Shown: one piece after another, positions 48,418-56,026 of the stretch
Numbering within the stretch: position 1 is the stretch's first letter
How the letters are laid out: each line of letters opens with the position of its first letter
IMG/VR virus record: IMGVR_UViG_3300043778_000098
Location: 1-64,000 of that record
DNA from: a virus
DNA length: 64,000 nucleotides
Direction: 5' to 3' (one strand)
Position numbers and translations under genes: made by a program
Notes under the pieces: model-generated
The model's database searches: none
The model's input: only the letters and a program-made list of their open reading frames with translations
Told to the model about the DNA's origin: nothing

Positions 48418-48535
48418 CGGTGCTGGTGTGCTGCTACGCCGAAGGCCTCAGGTCTTTCACCCGGCGTCGGATTCGGCCGGCCCCTATCGCCACTCCTTAG
48501 AGGATGGCTGCCTTTAAGCCAACCTTCCAGCACCG
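48418..48535 (-). ncRNA. 23S rRNA GTPase-associated-centre (H43-H44) mimic RNA
   Basis: GCTGGAAGGTTGGCTTAAAGGCAGCCATCCTCTAAGGAGT..insert..GCGTAGCAGCACACCAGC aligns to 23S nt 1051-1108 with covariation; closed by CGGTGCTGG/CCAGCACCG. Confidence 0.75.
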
Positions 48536-48744
48536 GACGGGCCGCCCGGATCCCCGGCCGTCCGCTCACAGGTTAGCAGCGCTGCCCTCTGGGCTACCGG
48601 CGCCTGTCATCCCACCACCGGAGGGCGGGGAACCTGAACGCCAGTCTGCACCCCCACTCGCCGCGAGCGTGCCATTCGCCGCCCTCCCGGAGGGGGATCT
48701 GGTCCAGGGCCTCGTCCAGCAGCCAGAGCGCGATGCGCATGCTG

Positions 48745-48816
48745 TGCCTCCCCTGGGACTCGAACCCAGAATCCACGGATTAAAGGTCCGCTGCATTGTC
48801 ATTGTGCTAGAGAGGC
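48745..48816 (-). tRNA. trnK: tRNA-Lys(TTT)
   Basis: Loop CC TTT AA. Confidence 0.85.
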
Positions 48817-48819
48817 AGG

Positions 48820-48893
48820 TAGCGGTAAAGGGAATCGAACCCCTGGCCTCTCGAATTATGAGTTCGGCGCTCTGCCATCTGAGCTATACCGCC
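48820..48893 (-). tRNA. trnM: tRNA-Met(CAT), elongator type
   Basis: Loop CT CAT AA, GGCGG acceptor. Confidence 0.85.
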
Positions 48894-48986
48894 GCGAATG
48901 GCCCTCGGACGTCCCTCGCAGCACCCCGGGCCGGGGCCCGGACCGCCGACCTGCCCGTCCGGTCGTACCCTCGCCCGACGGCCAAG

Positions 48987-49060
48987 TGGGCAACCATGGA
49001 GTTGAACCATGCGGCTAACCGCTTATCAGACGGTCCCCTTCACCGGTTGGGTAGCTGCCC
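48987..49060 (-). tRNA. trnI: tRNA-Ile(GAT)
   Basis: Loop CT GAT AA. Confidence 0.8.
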
Positions 49061-49092
49061 TTATCGTTTCGCCCGGTACGCCGGGCGGTGAG

Positions 49093-49182
49093 CAGAGGGA
49101 GTGGGTCTCGAACCCACACGGGAGTTACCCCTGACCGCTTTCGAGGCGGCTGCCGGTAGGCCGAAGCTCGGCTTATCCCTCC
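49093..49182 (-). tRNA. trnS: tRNA-Ser(CGA)
   Basis: Long variable arm; loop CT CGA AA. Confidence 0.85.
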
Positions 49183-49249
49183 AGGGTGGAACGTACGGGA
49201 GTCGGACCCGCCTTGCGCGCGCTGCACTGAGTCCGGTGCAATACGGCCC

Positions 49250-49519
49250 ATGAGTGAAAACGACGAGATCAGGATGACCCTCACCGTCCGGGGGACCCGC
49301 GCGCCGCGCCTGGCCGCGCAGGCGGTCGTCAACCACGCGAAGCGCTCGCTGTTCCTGGTCGACGCGAAGCCCGGGGAGTTCGCCGCCGAGATCGAGATCT
49401 CCGTGGCGGGCGCCCCGTCGGAGCGCTCCCGGATCGACGAGCACGGGACCTGGCAGAGGGAGCGGGATTCGAACCCGCGAGGACCGGAGCCCCACGTCAT
49501 TAGCGGTGACGCGCCATAG
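49250..49519 (+). CDS. small ORF opposite to the tRNA array
   Basis: Coding-like GC3 over the first ~65 codons; 3' end overlaps tRNA-Ser antisense. Confidence 0.45.
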   Translation: MSENDEIRMTLTVRGTRAPRLAAQAVVNHAKRSLFLVDAKPGEFAAEIEISVAGAPSERSRIDEHGTWQRERDSNPRGPEPHVISGDAP

Positions 49520-49539
49520 GCCAGCTAGGCGACCCCTCC
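49451..49539 (-). tRNA. trnS: tRNA-Ser(GCT)
   Basis: Loop CC GCT AA, long variable arm, CCA. Confidence 0.88.
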
Positions 49540-49644
49540 ATGACGCTGCTCCCCCGAGACGCCATTCACGGGGTGCGAGATGACCGGAAGCATCCTGGCG
49601 TCGGAGCCCGTTCACTCGGGGCCGTCGCAGCGCTGGCGGCCTTG

Positions 49645-49727
49645 TGGGCGAGGAGGGACTCGAACCCTCACGTCCTCGCGGACACCGGCACCTGAGGCCG
49701 GCGCGTATGCCGTTTCGCCACACGCCC
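49645..49727 (-). tRNA. trnL: tRNA-Leu(CAG)
   Basis: Loop CT CAG GT, long variable arm. Confidence 0.9.
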
Positions 49728-49789
49728 ATCGCCCCGGCCGAGGCCGGGGATGCCGCACGGCGGCGCCTCCCGTGGGCGCTGCGGCAGGG

Positions 49790-49861
49790 AGCGGACAACG
49801 GGACTCGAACCCGCGACGTCGTGCCTGGGAAGCACGTGCTCTGCCACTGAGCTACGTCCGC
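49790..49861 (-). tRNA. trnG: tRNA-Gly(CCC)
   Basis: Loop TT CCC AG. Confidence 0.9.
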
Positions 49862-49921
49862 ATGCTCGGGCGCCCCTAGGAACGCTTACCCCGCGAGGGG
49901 GTGGCCGCCGAGCCGGCGCGG

Positions 49922-49995
49922 AGCGGCTGAGGGGACTCGAACCCCCGACCTAGACGTTGGCAACGTCTCGCGCTAGCCAGCTGCGCCACAACCGC
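49922..49995 (-). tRNA. trnG: tRNA-Gly(GCC)
   Basis: Loop TT GCC AA. Confidence 0.9.
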
Positions 49996-49996
49996 G

Positions 49997-50069
49997 AGCC
50001 CCATTACGGAATCGAACCGTAGACCTCGGCCCTACCATGGCCGCGCTCTGCCGACTGAGCTAAAAGGGC
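49997..50069 (-). tRNA. trnT: tRNA-Thr(GGT)
   Basis: Loop AT GGT AG. Confidence 0.85.
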
Positions 50070-50079
50070 GTGGATCCCG

Positions 50080-50150
50080 CTCCGGGAGCAGGGGTCGAAC
50101 CTACGTGACAGCCACCAAAGGGCTGCGTCCTGCCATTAGACGATCCCGGA
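50080..50150 (-). tRNA. trnQ: tRNA-Gln(TTG)
   Basis: Loop CT TTG GT. Confidence 0.88.
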
Positions 50151-50154
50151 CCGG

Positions 50155-50228
50155 AGCCGCCTGCCGGTTTCGAACCGGCGGCCTTCCGCTTACAAGGCGG
50201 TCGCTACTGCCATCTGAGCTAAGGCGGC
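50155..50228 (-). tRNA. trnT: tRNA-Thr(TGT)
   Basis: Loop CT TGT AA. Confidence 0.85.
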
Positions 50229-50232
50229 GAAA

Positions 50233-50397
50233 TGGAGCCGGGCCGGGGGCCTTGGCCGTACGCACCACGCGAAAGGTGCCCCCAACCGGATCGGACGGGC
50301 GTCCCCGCTACCCGCTTCCGGCGTCGCGCTCGCCCAACATCACGGGAGGCGCTCTATGCCAGGAGAATTCAGGCACCTTGAGCTACGGGAGGCTCCT
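50233..50397 (-). ncRNA. large tRNA-derived structured RNA
   Basis: GGAGCC/GGCTCC terminal stem ending in CCA; GTAGCTCAA...TAGAGC D-arm halves with an inserted hairpin. Confidence 0.4.
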
Positions 50398-50436
50398 GAT
50401 CCCCCCGGCGGGCAGCCCAGGCCCGCATCTCCTCCC

Positions 50437-50524
50437 TGGTGTCCGAGACGGGACTTGAACCCGCACGCCCCTCGCGGGGCACCAGCACCTCAAGCTGGGG
50501 CGTCTGCCATTCCGCCACTCAGAC
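50437..50524 (-). tRNA. trnL: tRNA-Leu(GAG)
   Basis: Loop TT GAG GT, long variable arm, CCA. Confidence 0.92.
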
Positions 50525-50612
50525 GTAACCCGGCGCACCACCTCGCGACCAAGGCCCGCGACATGCATGCGCCGGAAGGGAACCCAGACGAAGCCGGCCT
50601 CTGGTTCCCGTG

Positions 50613-50685
50613 AGCCCCGAAACGGATTCGAACCGGTGACCTGCGCATTACGGGTGCGCCGCTCTTCCGACTGAGCTACCGGGGC
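50613..50685 (-). tRNA. trnT: tRNA-Thr(CGT)
   Basis: Loop CC CGT AA. Confidence 0.85.
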
Positions 50686-50734
50686 GGGAGGCTAACGTGG
50701 CGCTGGACTGCGCCTGAAGTCGCGTTAGCCGAAG

Positions 50735-50809
50735 CTGGGGTACCTGGGATCGAACCAGGGAACTCCGGGGCCAGAACCCGGCGACTTTGCCAACGTCATC
50801 CATACCCCA
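50735..50809 (-). tRNA. trnQ: tRNA-Gln(CTG)
   Basis: Loop TT CTG GC. Confidence 0.85.
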
Positions 50810-50814
50810 TTGAG

Positions 50815-50892
50815 TGGGCGAGGCAGGATTTGAACCCGCAACCCAACCCGTTTTGAGCGGGCCAGCTCTGCCGATATTGGACTCACTCGCCC
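50815..50892 (-). tRNA. trnL: tRNA-Leu(CAA) with short variable arm
   Basis: Loop CT CAA AA; no long variable arm. Confidence 0.7.
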
Positions 50893-50926
50893 GTGCTCTA
50901 CCTGACTCTGCCGAACTTTACTGGCG

Positions 50927-50999
50927 TGCGCCGCGAGGGACTTGAACCCCCAACTCCCGACTTAAGAGGACGGTACTCTGCCAATTGAGTTACCGGCGC
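50927..50999 (-). tRNA. trnK: tRNA-Lys(CTT)
   Basis: Loop CT CTT AA. Confidence 0.85.
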
Positions 51000-51000
51000 G

Positions 51001-51074
51001 TGGAGCGGATGACCGGAATCGGACCGGCGTGGCCAGCTTGGAAGGCTGGTGCTCTGCCACTGAGCCACATCCGC
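51001..51074 (-). tRNA. trnG: tRNA-Gly(TCC)
   Basis: Loop CT TCC AA, CCA end. Confidence 0.88.
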
Positions 51075-51358
51075 ATTAGCCTCCGGGGTCCTCGTCAGAG
51101 GCTCCTGGGCCGTCTTTGCGTGACGGCAGGTGGCGTGGCCGAGGCCGCCCGGAGGCGCCTTCCCGCCAGGCCCTTTACCACCAGGGGGAATCGAACCCAT
51201 GGGGCCTGACTTGCGGGGTAGCGCTACCCCGCCGCGCGGCCCCGGGGACCGAACCCGGCCTTTCCCTCAGCGAGGAGGTAATCGGGCCCACCAGGGCGGC
51301 CGATCGCCCCCGGGCCGCGTACCACGGGGGCGCCAGGCGGCGCCGTACGCCGCCGCCG

Positions 51359-51432
51359 TGGTCATGCCCTGGATCGAACAGGAGACCTGCCGCTTTTCAG
51401 GCGACCGCTCGTTCCGACTGAGCTACATGACC
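51359..51432 (-). tRNA. trnF: tRNA-Phe(GAA)
   Basis: Loop CT GAA AA. Confidence 0.88.
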
Positions 51433-51496
51433 ATGACGAGGACCCCCGGCAGGGCGTGGCTCTTTCTGCCGCCGCACTTAGGCCATTGAGGTCCAG

Positions 51497-51611
51497 TGGC
51501 AAGGAGGGGGTCGAACCCTCGCTCGGATCAATTCGCCCGGTTCCGTGCCGCCCTCAACGGGCGGTGGTGCCGGGCAGCTTATCACCAGTGCACGCCGCAC
51601 ACCGCTTGCCG
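51497..51611 (-). ncRNA. enlarged tRNA-like RNA
   Basis: GGCAAG/CTTGCC acceptor, GAGGG-TTCGACC-CCCTC T arm, extended central arm. Confidence 0.4.
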
Positions 51612-51662
51612 CACACAGATAGCTGGCCTGTGCTCCAGCAGACCGCCGGCCGGACGGTCTCG

Positions 51663-51736
51663 TCGGGAAGGCCGGATTCGAACCGACGGCCTCTCGCACC
51701 CGAAGCGAGCGCGCTACCAAGCTGCGCCACTCCCCG
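51663..51736 (-). tRNA. trnP: tRNA-Pro(CGG)
   Basis: Loop TT CGG GT. Confidence 0.9.
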
Positions 51737-51739
51737 ATC

Positions 51740-51877
51740 GGGGTGCTCTTCCGCTGAGCTACCGTTGGCTTCCGCCGCCGGGCAGGATTCGAACCTGCGA
51801 CCTCCCCTTGGCCAAGCTCTGTCCGCTGAGTTACCGGGCATAACCCCGGGCAGGATTCGAACCTGCGACCTCTGGCC
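51740..51877 (-). ncRNA. two tandem circularly permuted tRNA-like modules (YrlA-like topology)
   Basis: Each reads T arm, loop-closed acceptor stem, D arm, with the ends pairing as the anticodon stem. Confidence 0.65.
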
Positions 51878-51879
51878 GG

Positions 51880-51953
51880 TCGGAGTACCTGGACTTGAAC
51901 CAGGGACCTCACGCTCCCCGAGCGTGCGCGCTGCCAACCTGCGCCATACTCCG
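51880..51953 (-). tRNA. trnP: tRNA-Pro(GGG)
   Basis: Loop TC GGG GA. Confidence 0.88.
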
Positions 51954-52059
51954 GTGCGGCGCCGGGGTCGTGTCGCGATCACGCCCCGGGCACCTGCGCG
52001 ATTCCGCCGGTCCAGCCGGTTTTCGCCTCGTCGCGCTATCGATACGCGGCCACTGCGTC

Positions 52060-52125
52060 TCCGGTTACCCCGAATCGAACGGGGGGCACCCCTTTCGAGG
52101 GCGCTGGTGGCCAGCCCTACCCGGA
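52060..52125 (-). ncRNA. tRNA-like RNA with a GAAA tetraloop in place of the anticodon loop
   Basis: TCCGG/CCGGA acceptor, CCCCG-TTCGATT-CGGGG T arm. Confidence 0.45.
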
Positions 52126-52140
52126 GCCGTGCGCCGAACG

Positions 52141-52213
52141 TCGGGGTGGCCGGTCTCGAACCGGCGACCTCCAGGTCCCAAACCTGGCGCGCTGCCAACT
52201 GCGCTACGCCCCG
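52141..52213 (-). tRNA. trnP: tRNA-Pro(TGG)
   Basis: Loop TT TGG GA. Confidence 0.9.
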
Positions 52214-52306
52214 TGGAGTGGTGAGTTGCTCCGGCCCGGGCGCTCGGATTCGCGCCGGGTGATGCCGGTTGCCTTGCGCCAGGCTGCCGTGCCTCGGCTC
52301 ACCACG

Positions 52307-52380
52307 TGGAGAAGATCGGATTCGAACCGACGACGCCCCGGTTGCGGGCCGGGTGCTCTACCAGACTGAGCTACATCCCC
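52307..52380 (-). tRNA. trnA: tRNA-Ala(CGC)
   Basis: G3-U70 pair; loop CC CGC AA. Confidence 0.88.
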
Positions 52381-52632
52381 ATGACGCCAATGTGCCTGCG
52401 GTGCCCGCCGCTATCGGGACGGGCCGCGCTCCCCTACGGTTTACGAAAGCCTCCCGGCCACCGCAGGCACGGCGCTTGCCACTCGGACGCGGCCGATCCC
52501 GCGTCGCCGGGCGCTTATGTCCGGGGTACCCTCCCGGTCCGGGACAACCAGAAGCCGCAGGCACGATGTTCCACTAGCCTGCCGTCCCCGCTCCGCCGGG
52601 ATCATCTACGTTTCGCCCGGCTTATCCCAAAG

Positions 52633-52705
52633 TGGAGCCTAGGAGATTTGAACTCCTGACCTTCTGCATGCCATGCAGACGCGCTACCAGCTGCGCCAAG
52701 ACCCC
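52633..52705 (-). tRNA. trnA: tRNA-Ala(GGC)
   Basis: G3-U70 pair; loop AT GGC AT. Confidence 0.9.
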
Positions 52706-53101
52706 ATTGGCGGGCCCGCCCCTCCCGCGTACCGGGTAGGACGGGCCCGGCCTCCCGTCCCCCTCCGGCCGGCTGGCCCCCGATGCGAACAGGGGCGCGG
52801 CGACACGATGGAGGAAGACGGAAGACTGTCTCCGTCGGCTCTGCGGCGTGGACCGGTTCATCCCACGGCGAGCCGGGGAAGTTCGTGCCGCACGAGCATG
52901 CAGAGCCGACGGAAGATCAAGCTGGCACGGTGCCCGGTACAGGAACGCCTTGCGGTGTCCCCAGCCTTTAGCGGCTGCTGCTCCCCGGGAGTAGCTGCAT
53001 TGTCTTTCACCGTGCCTGCGGCGGGTTGGCTTCCCGCCGCGATGTTCCCGCTATTGAGGTTTCACGTAGCAGGCGCCGAGGCGCCGGGCCCGTAGGGCTT
53101 G

Positions 53102-53174
53102 CAGGGACGGAGGGACTCGAACCCCCGGCACGCAGGTTTGGAATCTGCTGTTCTGGCCTCTGAACTACGCCCCT
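53102..53174 (-). tRNA. trnW: tRNA-Trp(CCA)
   Basis: Loop TT CCA AA. Confidence 0.85.
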
Positions 53175-53420
53175 ATGTGAAGTTGTCGGGTAAACGAAGG
53201 GAGCCGCCTGCGGTTTCCCGCCTGCGGCTCCCGGAGTGAGTCTGTCGTCTCTTACTCCCGGAACCGCCTGCGGCACGGCTGGCGCTTCCCGGCGCCCAGG
53301 ATCGCGAAGGAGGGTATGCCTGAGGCGCTGGCCTCATGCCGTCCATCGGTCCTGCGCGCGTACCTGGTCACGGTTCCTGCTTCAACGATGTCCGCCTGCC
53401 GGGGATCCGGCTGGCATGGG

Positions 53421-53696
53421 TCAAACATAGCATCCGGGCGTGCGGGGTCGCAACGGATTTACAGGTTTTCTTGCTAACATCTGCGGGCCGTCCCTCTCGC
53501 CTAGCAGCCTGTCCACCTCCGACTTGCGGAAACGCCGGTGCCCTCCGGGGGTCCGGGTGGAGCCGATCCGCCCGGCCGCCGCCCATCGGGTCACGGTCTT
53601 GGGGTCCACCCTGAAGATCGCCGCCACCTCGGCGGAAGTGTAGAGAAGGTCGCCCTCGTCTCCCCGGACCGGGAGGGAAGGCGGGTTATAGGCCAT
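53421..53696 (-). CDS. bldC: BldC-family (MerR-like) transcription regulator
   Basis: T.AEVA..FRVDPKTVTRWA.AG.I.S.RT.GGHRR.R..EV..LL; AAGGAG RBS. Confidence 0.9.
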   Translation of the reverse strand: MAYNPPSLPVRGDEGDLLYTSAEVAAIFRVDPKTVTRWAAAGRIGSTRTPGGHRRFRKSEVDRLLGERDGPQMLARKPVNPLRPRTPGCYV

Positions 53697-53786
53697 GAGC
53701 GCTCCTTACAGTGACATGCGGGAATCCCCTGGTCACGAGGGCTCAAAGTTGCTGACCAGGGTGAATGTCACCTTAACGGATCGCTG

Positions 53787-54262
53787 GCCAGTGCGAATCG
53801 AGGCCGCGCCAGTGCGGTCGAAGTGCGCTTCAAAGTGCGGAACACATGATCGATAAACCTCGATTGCCAGGGACAGTGCGGAAGTGCGCATGAAAACGCC
53901 CGATTTCCCGAAAAGGATCAGGCGAAGGACGAGCGGTCATATACCGGGCAAACTACGCGAATCGGTCATCGCGAGGGAACCGGCCGCGTAGTGACTGATA
54001 GTAATCTCATACTCACAAGTAACCGGCGGGGTCACCCGCGTAGCGATTTCGGCCAGTTTTAAGTGCACTTGCGCACTGTCCCTGCGTATAGGGCTTTTTC
54101 GAGTGGCAGTTCCGCACTTTGATCCGCACTGGGATGCGCACTCCGTCAGTGCGATCCGCACTGGGCCCGCGTATAGAGCTACCCCCTCCACTACATAAGT
54201 ACTTATTAATTATTATTTTTAGAAAAATTAAGTTAGATAGTTAGGTTTTAAGGTTTATAAGT
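53787..54262. repeat. AGTGCG repeats in a long imperfect inverted repeat plus AT-rich tract; candidate replication origin
   Basis: Arms ~53787-53908 and ~54044-54166 share CAAAGTGCGGAAC and CAGGGACAGTGCG; strongly A/T-rich tract at 54190-54262. Confidence 0.55.
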
Positions 54263-54355
54263 GCACTGCCTCGAAACCTATTTCCATCAATGTTACTGGT
54301 TGGTAGTCTACTGCCGAGTAACCTAGCGCGCGCAGAGGCACGCCCGGGAAGGGTC

Positions 54356-54982
54356 ATGGCGGCCCTCACCGAGACGCAGGAGATGACGATCTCCGCCCAC
54401 CCCGACCGCCTCGTCATGCTGGTGGACGGCCTTCGCGGCCCCCGTGCCCGGCTGCTGGCCAACTACGCGGTCCGGGAGGCCAGGCGGGTGATGCCTAAGC
54501 TGAGCGGCGCCTCGGCCAGCCGCCTGTTTCCCCTCTACGGCAGCGGCTACTTCGGGATCGGCTGGCAGGACAGCTACGTCTGGTTCCAGGAGCAGGGCAT
54601 CCGGGCGTTCACCATGTGGAGCCTGAAGGGCAAGACGATCCCGATGTGGGTCGACGACCCGACCGGCACCGAGCGGGAGAGGAACCCGAGGGCGCAGACC
54701 AGGGTCACCCTGTCGGGCAAGGTCCAGGTGCTGATCTTCCGCAAGGCGACCGCCCCGGGGGCGCCTGGCCGGATCGGGAAGCGGGAGACCGGGCGGCCCT
54801 GGACCACCCCCGGGCGGCGGCCGGGGGCGATCGCCCGTGGCAACGTCGGGGTGAAGTGGCGCCATCCCGGCCTGGCCCCCCGCAGGTTCCTCAATCACGC
54901 CATGGGGGCGGCGGCCCGCTGGGGCGGGATCGAGCCGGAGCGCATCTACGCGGCCGACCGCACGTGGAGGGCCAGGTTTTGA
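54356..54982 (+). CDS. putative neck/tail completion protein
   Basis: YVWFQEQGI..FTM..L.GKTIPM, WRHPGL.PR.FL; precedes the tail genes. Confidence 0.65.
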   Translation: MAALTETQEMTISAHPDRLVMLVDGLRGPRARLLANYAVREARRVMPKLSGASASRLFPLYGSGYFGIGWQDSYVWFQEQGIRAFTMWSLKGKTIPMWVDDPTGTERERNPRAQTRVTLSGKVQVLIFRKATAPGAPGRIGKRETGRPWTTPGRRPGAIARGNVGVKWRHPGLAPRRFLNHAMGAAARWGGIEPERIYAADRTWRARF

Positions 54983-55088
54983 CGGTACTCCAGCGGGGCG
55001 ACCCCGCCGCTTGAGACTAGCGCCCGAAGGCGCCCGGCGGGGGCGCCCGGCACCGGCCTGCTGCCCCTGATCGTACCCCGGAAGGGTC

Positions 55089-55718
55089 GTGACCGGGTTC
55101 CTCCGCACGATCAAGACGACTGCCGTGCAGGCGGTCCAGCAGTCGTTCGAGATCAGCTACCCGGCTCCCGACCCCGAGGGCGGCGCCAAGGCCCCGTTCG
55201 TGTCGGTCGAGTACCCGGTGGAGGAGGCGCAGTACCCGGCGATCTGGGTGGACTACGAGGGCGCCGAGCTGCGGACGGTGGGGATCGCCTACACCGAGAC
55301 GGACGCCAGCGGGGCCGCCTACGCCCGGTGGCGGTTCGCCGGGCACGTCGCGTTCACGATCGTCGCCTTGTCCTCCAACGAGCGGGACCTGGTGTACGAC
55401 CAGCTGCTGGGCCTGACCGCGTTCGCCGCCCAGTCGGAGTTCCCGTCGCGGTTCCGCCAGGTGGTGGAGGCCGCCCCGCTGGTCGCCTCGGTGTGGTCGT
55501 TCGACGCGGTGGAGGACCGCCCGTCCTCGGCCGCGATGGGCACGCCGTGGGGCACCCTGGACGTCGTCTACGAGAGCGGGTTCGCCGTCCAGGTGATCGG
55601 CGAGTTCGTCAGCGACCCGTACAGCCAGGCCCTGGTGAGCCTCGCCGAGATCCAGGTGGTTGCCACGGCGGAGGGCTTCCCGGACGACACCTCGGTCATC
55701 GACGTCACCGGCGGCTAG
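55089..55718 (+). CDS. putative tail terminator protein
   Basis: VSVEYP....YPAIWV...ALSSNERD; upstream of the sheath gene. Confidence 0.65.
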   Translation: MTGFLRTIKTTAVQAVQQSFEISYPAPDPEGGAKAPFVSVEYPVEEAQYPAIWVDYEGAELRTVGIAYTETDASGAAYARWRFAGHVAFTIVALSSNERDLVYDQLLGLTAFAAQSEFPSRFRQVVEAAPLVASVWSFDAVEDRPSSAAMGTPWGTLDVVYESGFAVQVIGEFVSDPYSQALVSLAEIQVVATAEGFPDDTSVIDVTGG

Positions 55719-55758
55719 CAGCGTTGTCGGATACAGCTTTCCTTGGTATTGTTCGTTC

Positions 55759-55962
55759 ATGCCATACACGACCGTGAACGAGCAGTACGTGGACCTCGGC
55801 ACCGACGGCGACCCGGAGTGCGGCGAGTCCGTCCTGGCCGATGCCGTGGACCTGGCCTCCGACCAGGGCCAGGTCACCTTCCTGCTCGACGAGCGCGGCA
55901 GGCGGATCGCCGCCGTCGTCCCTGTCGAGTTCGCCGAGCGGGCCCTGGCGCTGGAGGGCTAG
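55759..55962 (+). CDS. Phd/YefM antitoxin-like small protein
   Basis: LADAVDLA...G.VTFL...GRRIAAVVPVE; own leaderless promoter. Confidence 0.55.
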   Translation: MPYTTVNEQYVDLGTDGDPECGESVLADAVDLASDQGQVTFLLDERGRRIAAVVPVEFAERALALEG

Positions 55963-56026
55963 CCAGAGTCTTACCCCCGCCTGCTGGCGGCGCCCCCGGA
56001 AGGATTGACCGGAGGGATGCCAGCGC

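Noticed and set aside
48418-48535. Fragment of a real rRNA operon, or contamination
   Set aside because: Only ~58 nt match; the piece has an insert and its own closing helix and sits among phage tRNAs
52950-52990. Resemblance to 16S helix 27 (GGGGAG..GCCGC..AAGGCT)
   Set aside because: Short, gapped and GC-rich, so it may be chance
46190-53300. tmRNA, SRP RNA, Ms1, tRNA-Sec or hammerhead ribozyme among the spacers
   Set aside because: No complete diagnostic motif could be matched by eye; CTGACGA near 51095 lacks the GAAA half
46083-53430. ORF-track entries overlapping tRNAs
   Set aside because: They are translations of structured RNA; only 49250..49519 looks partly coding
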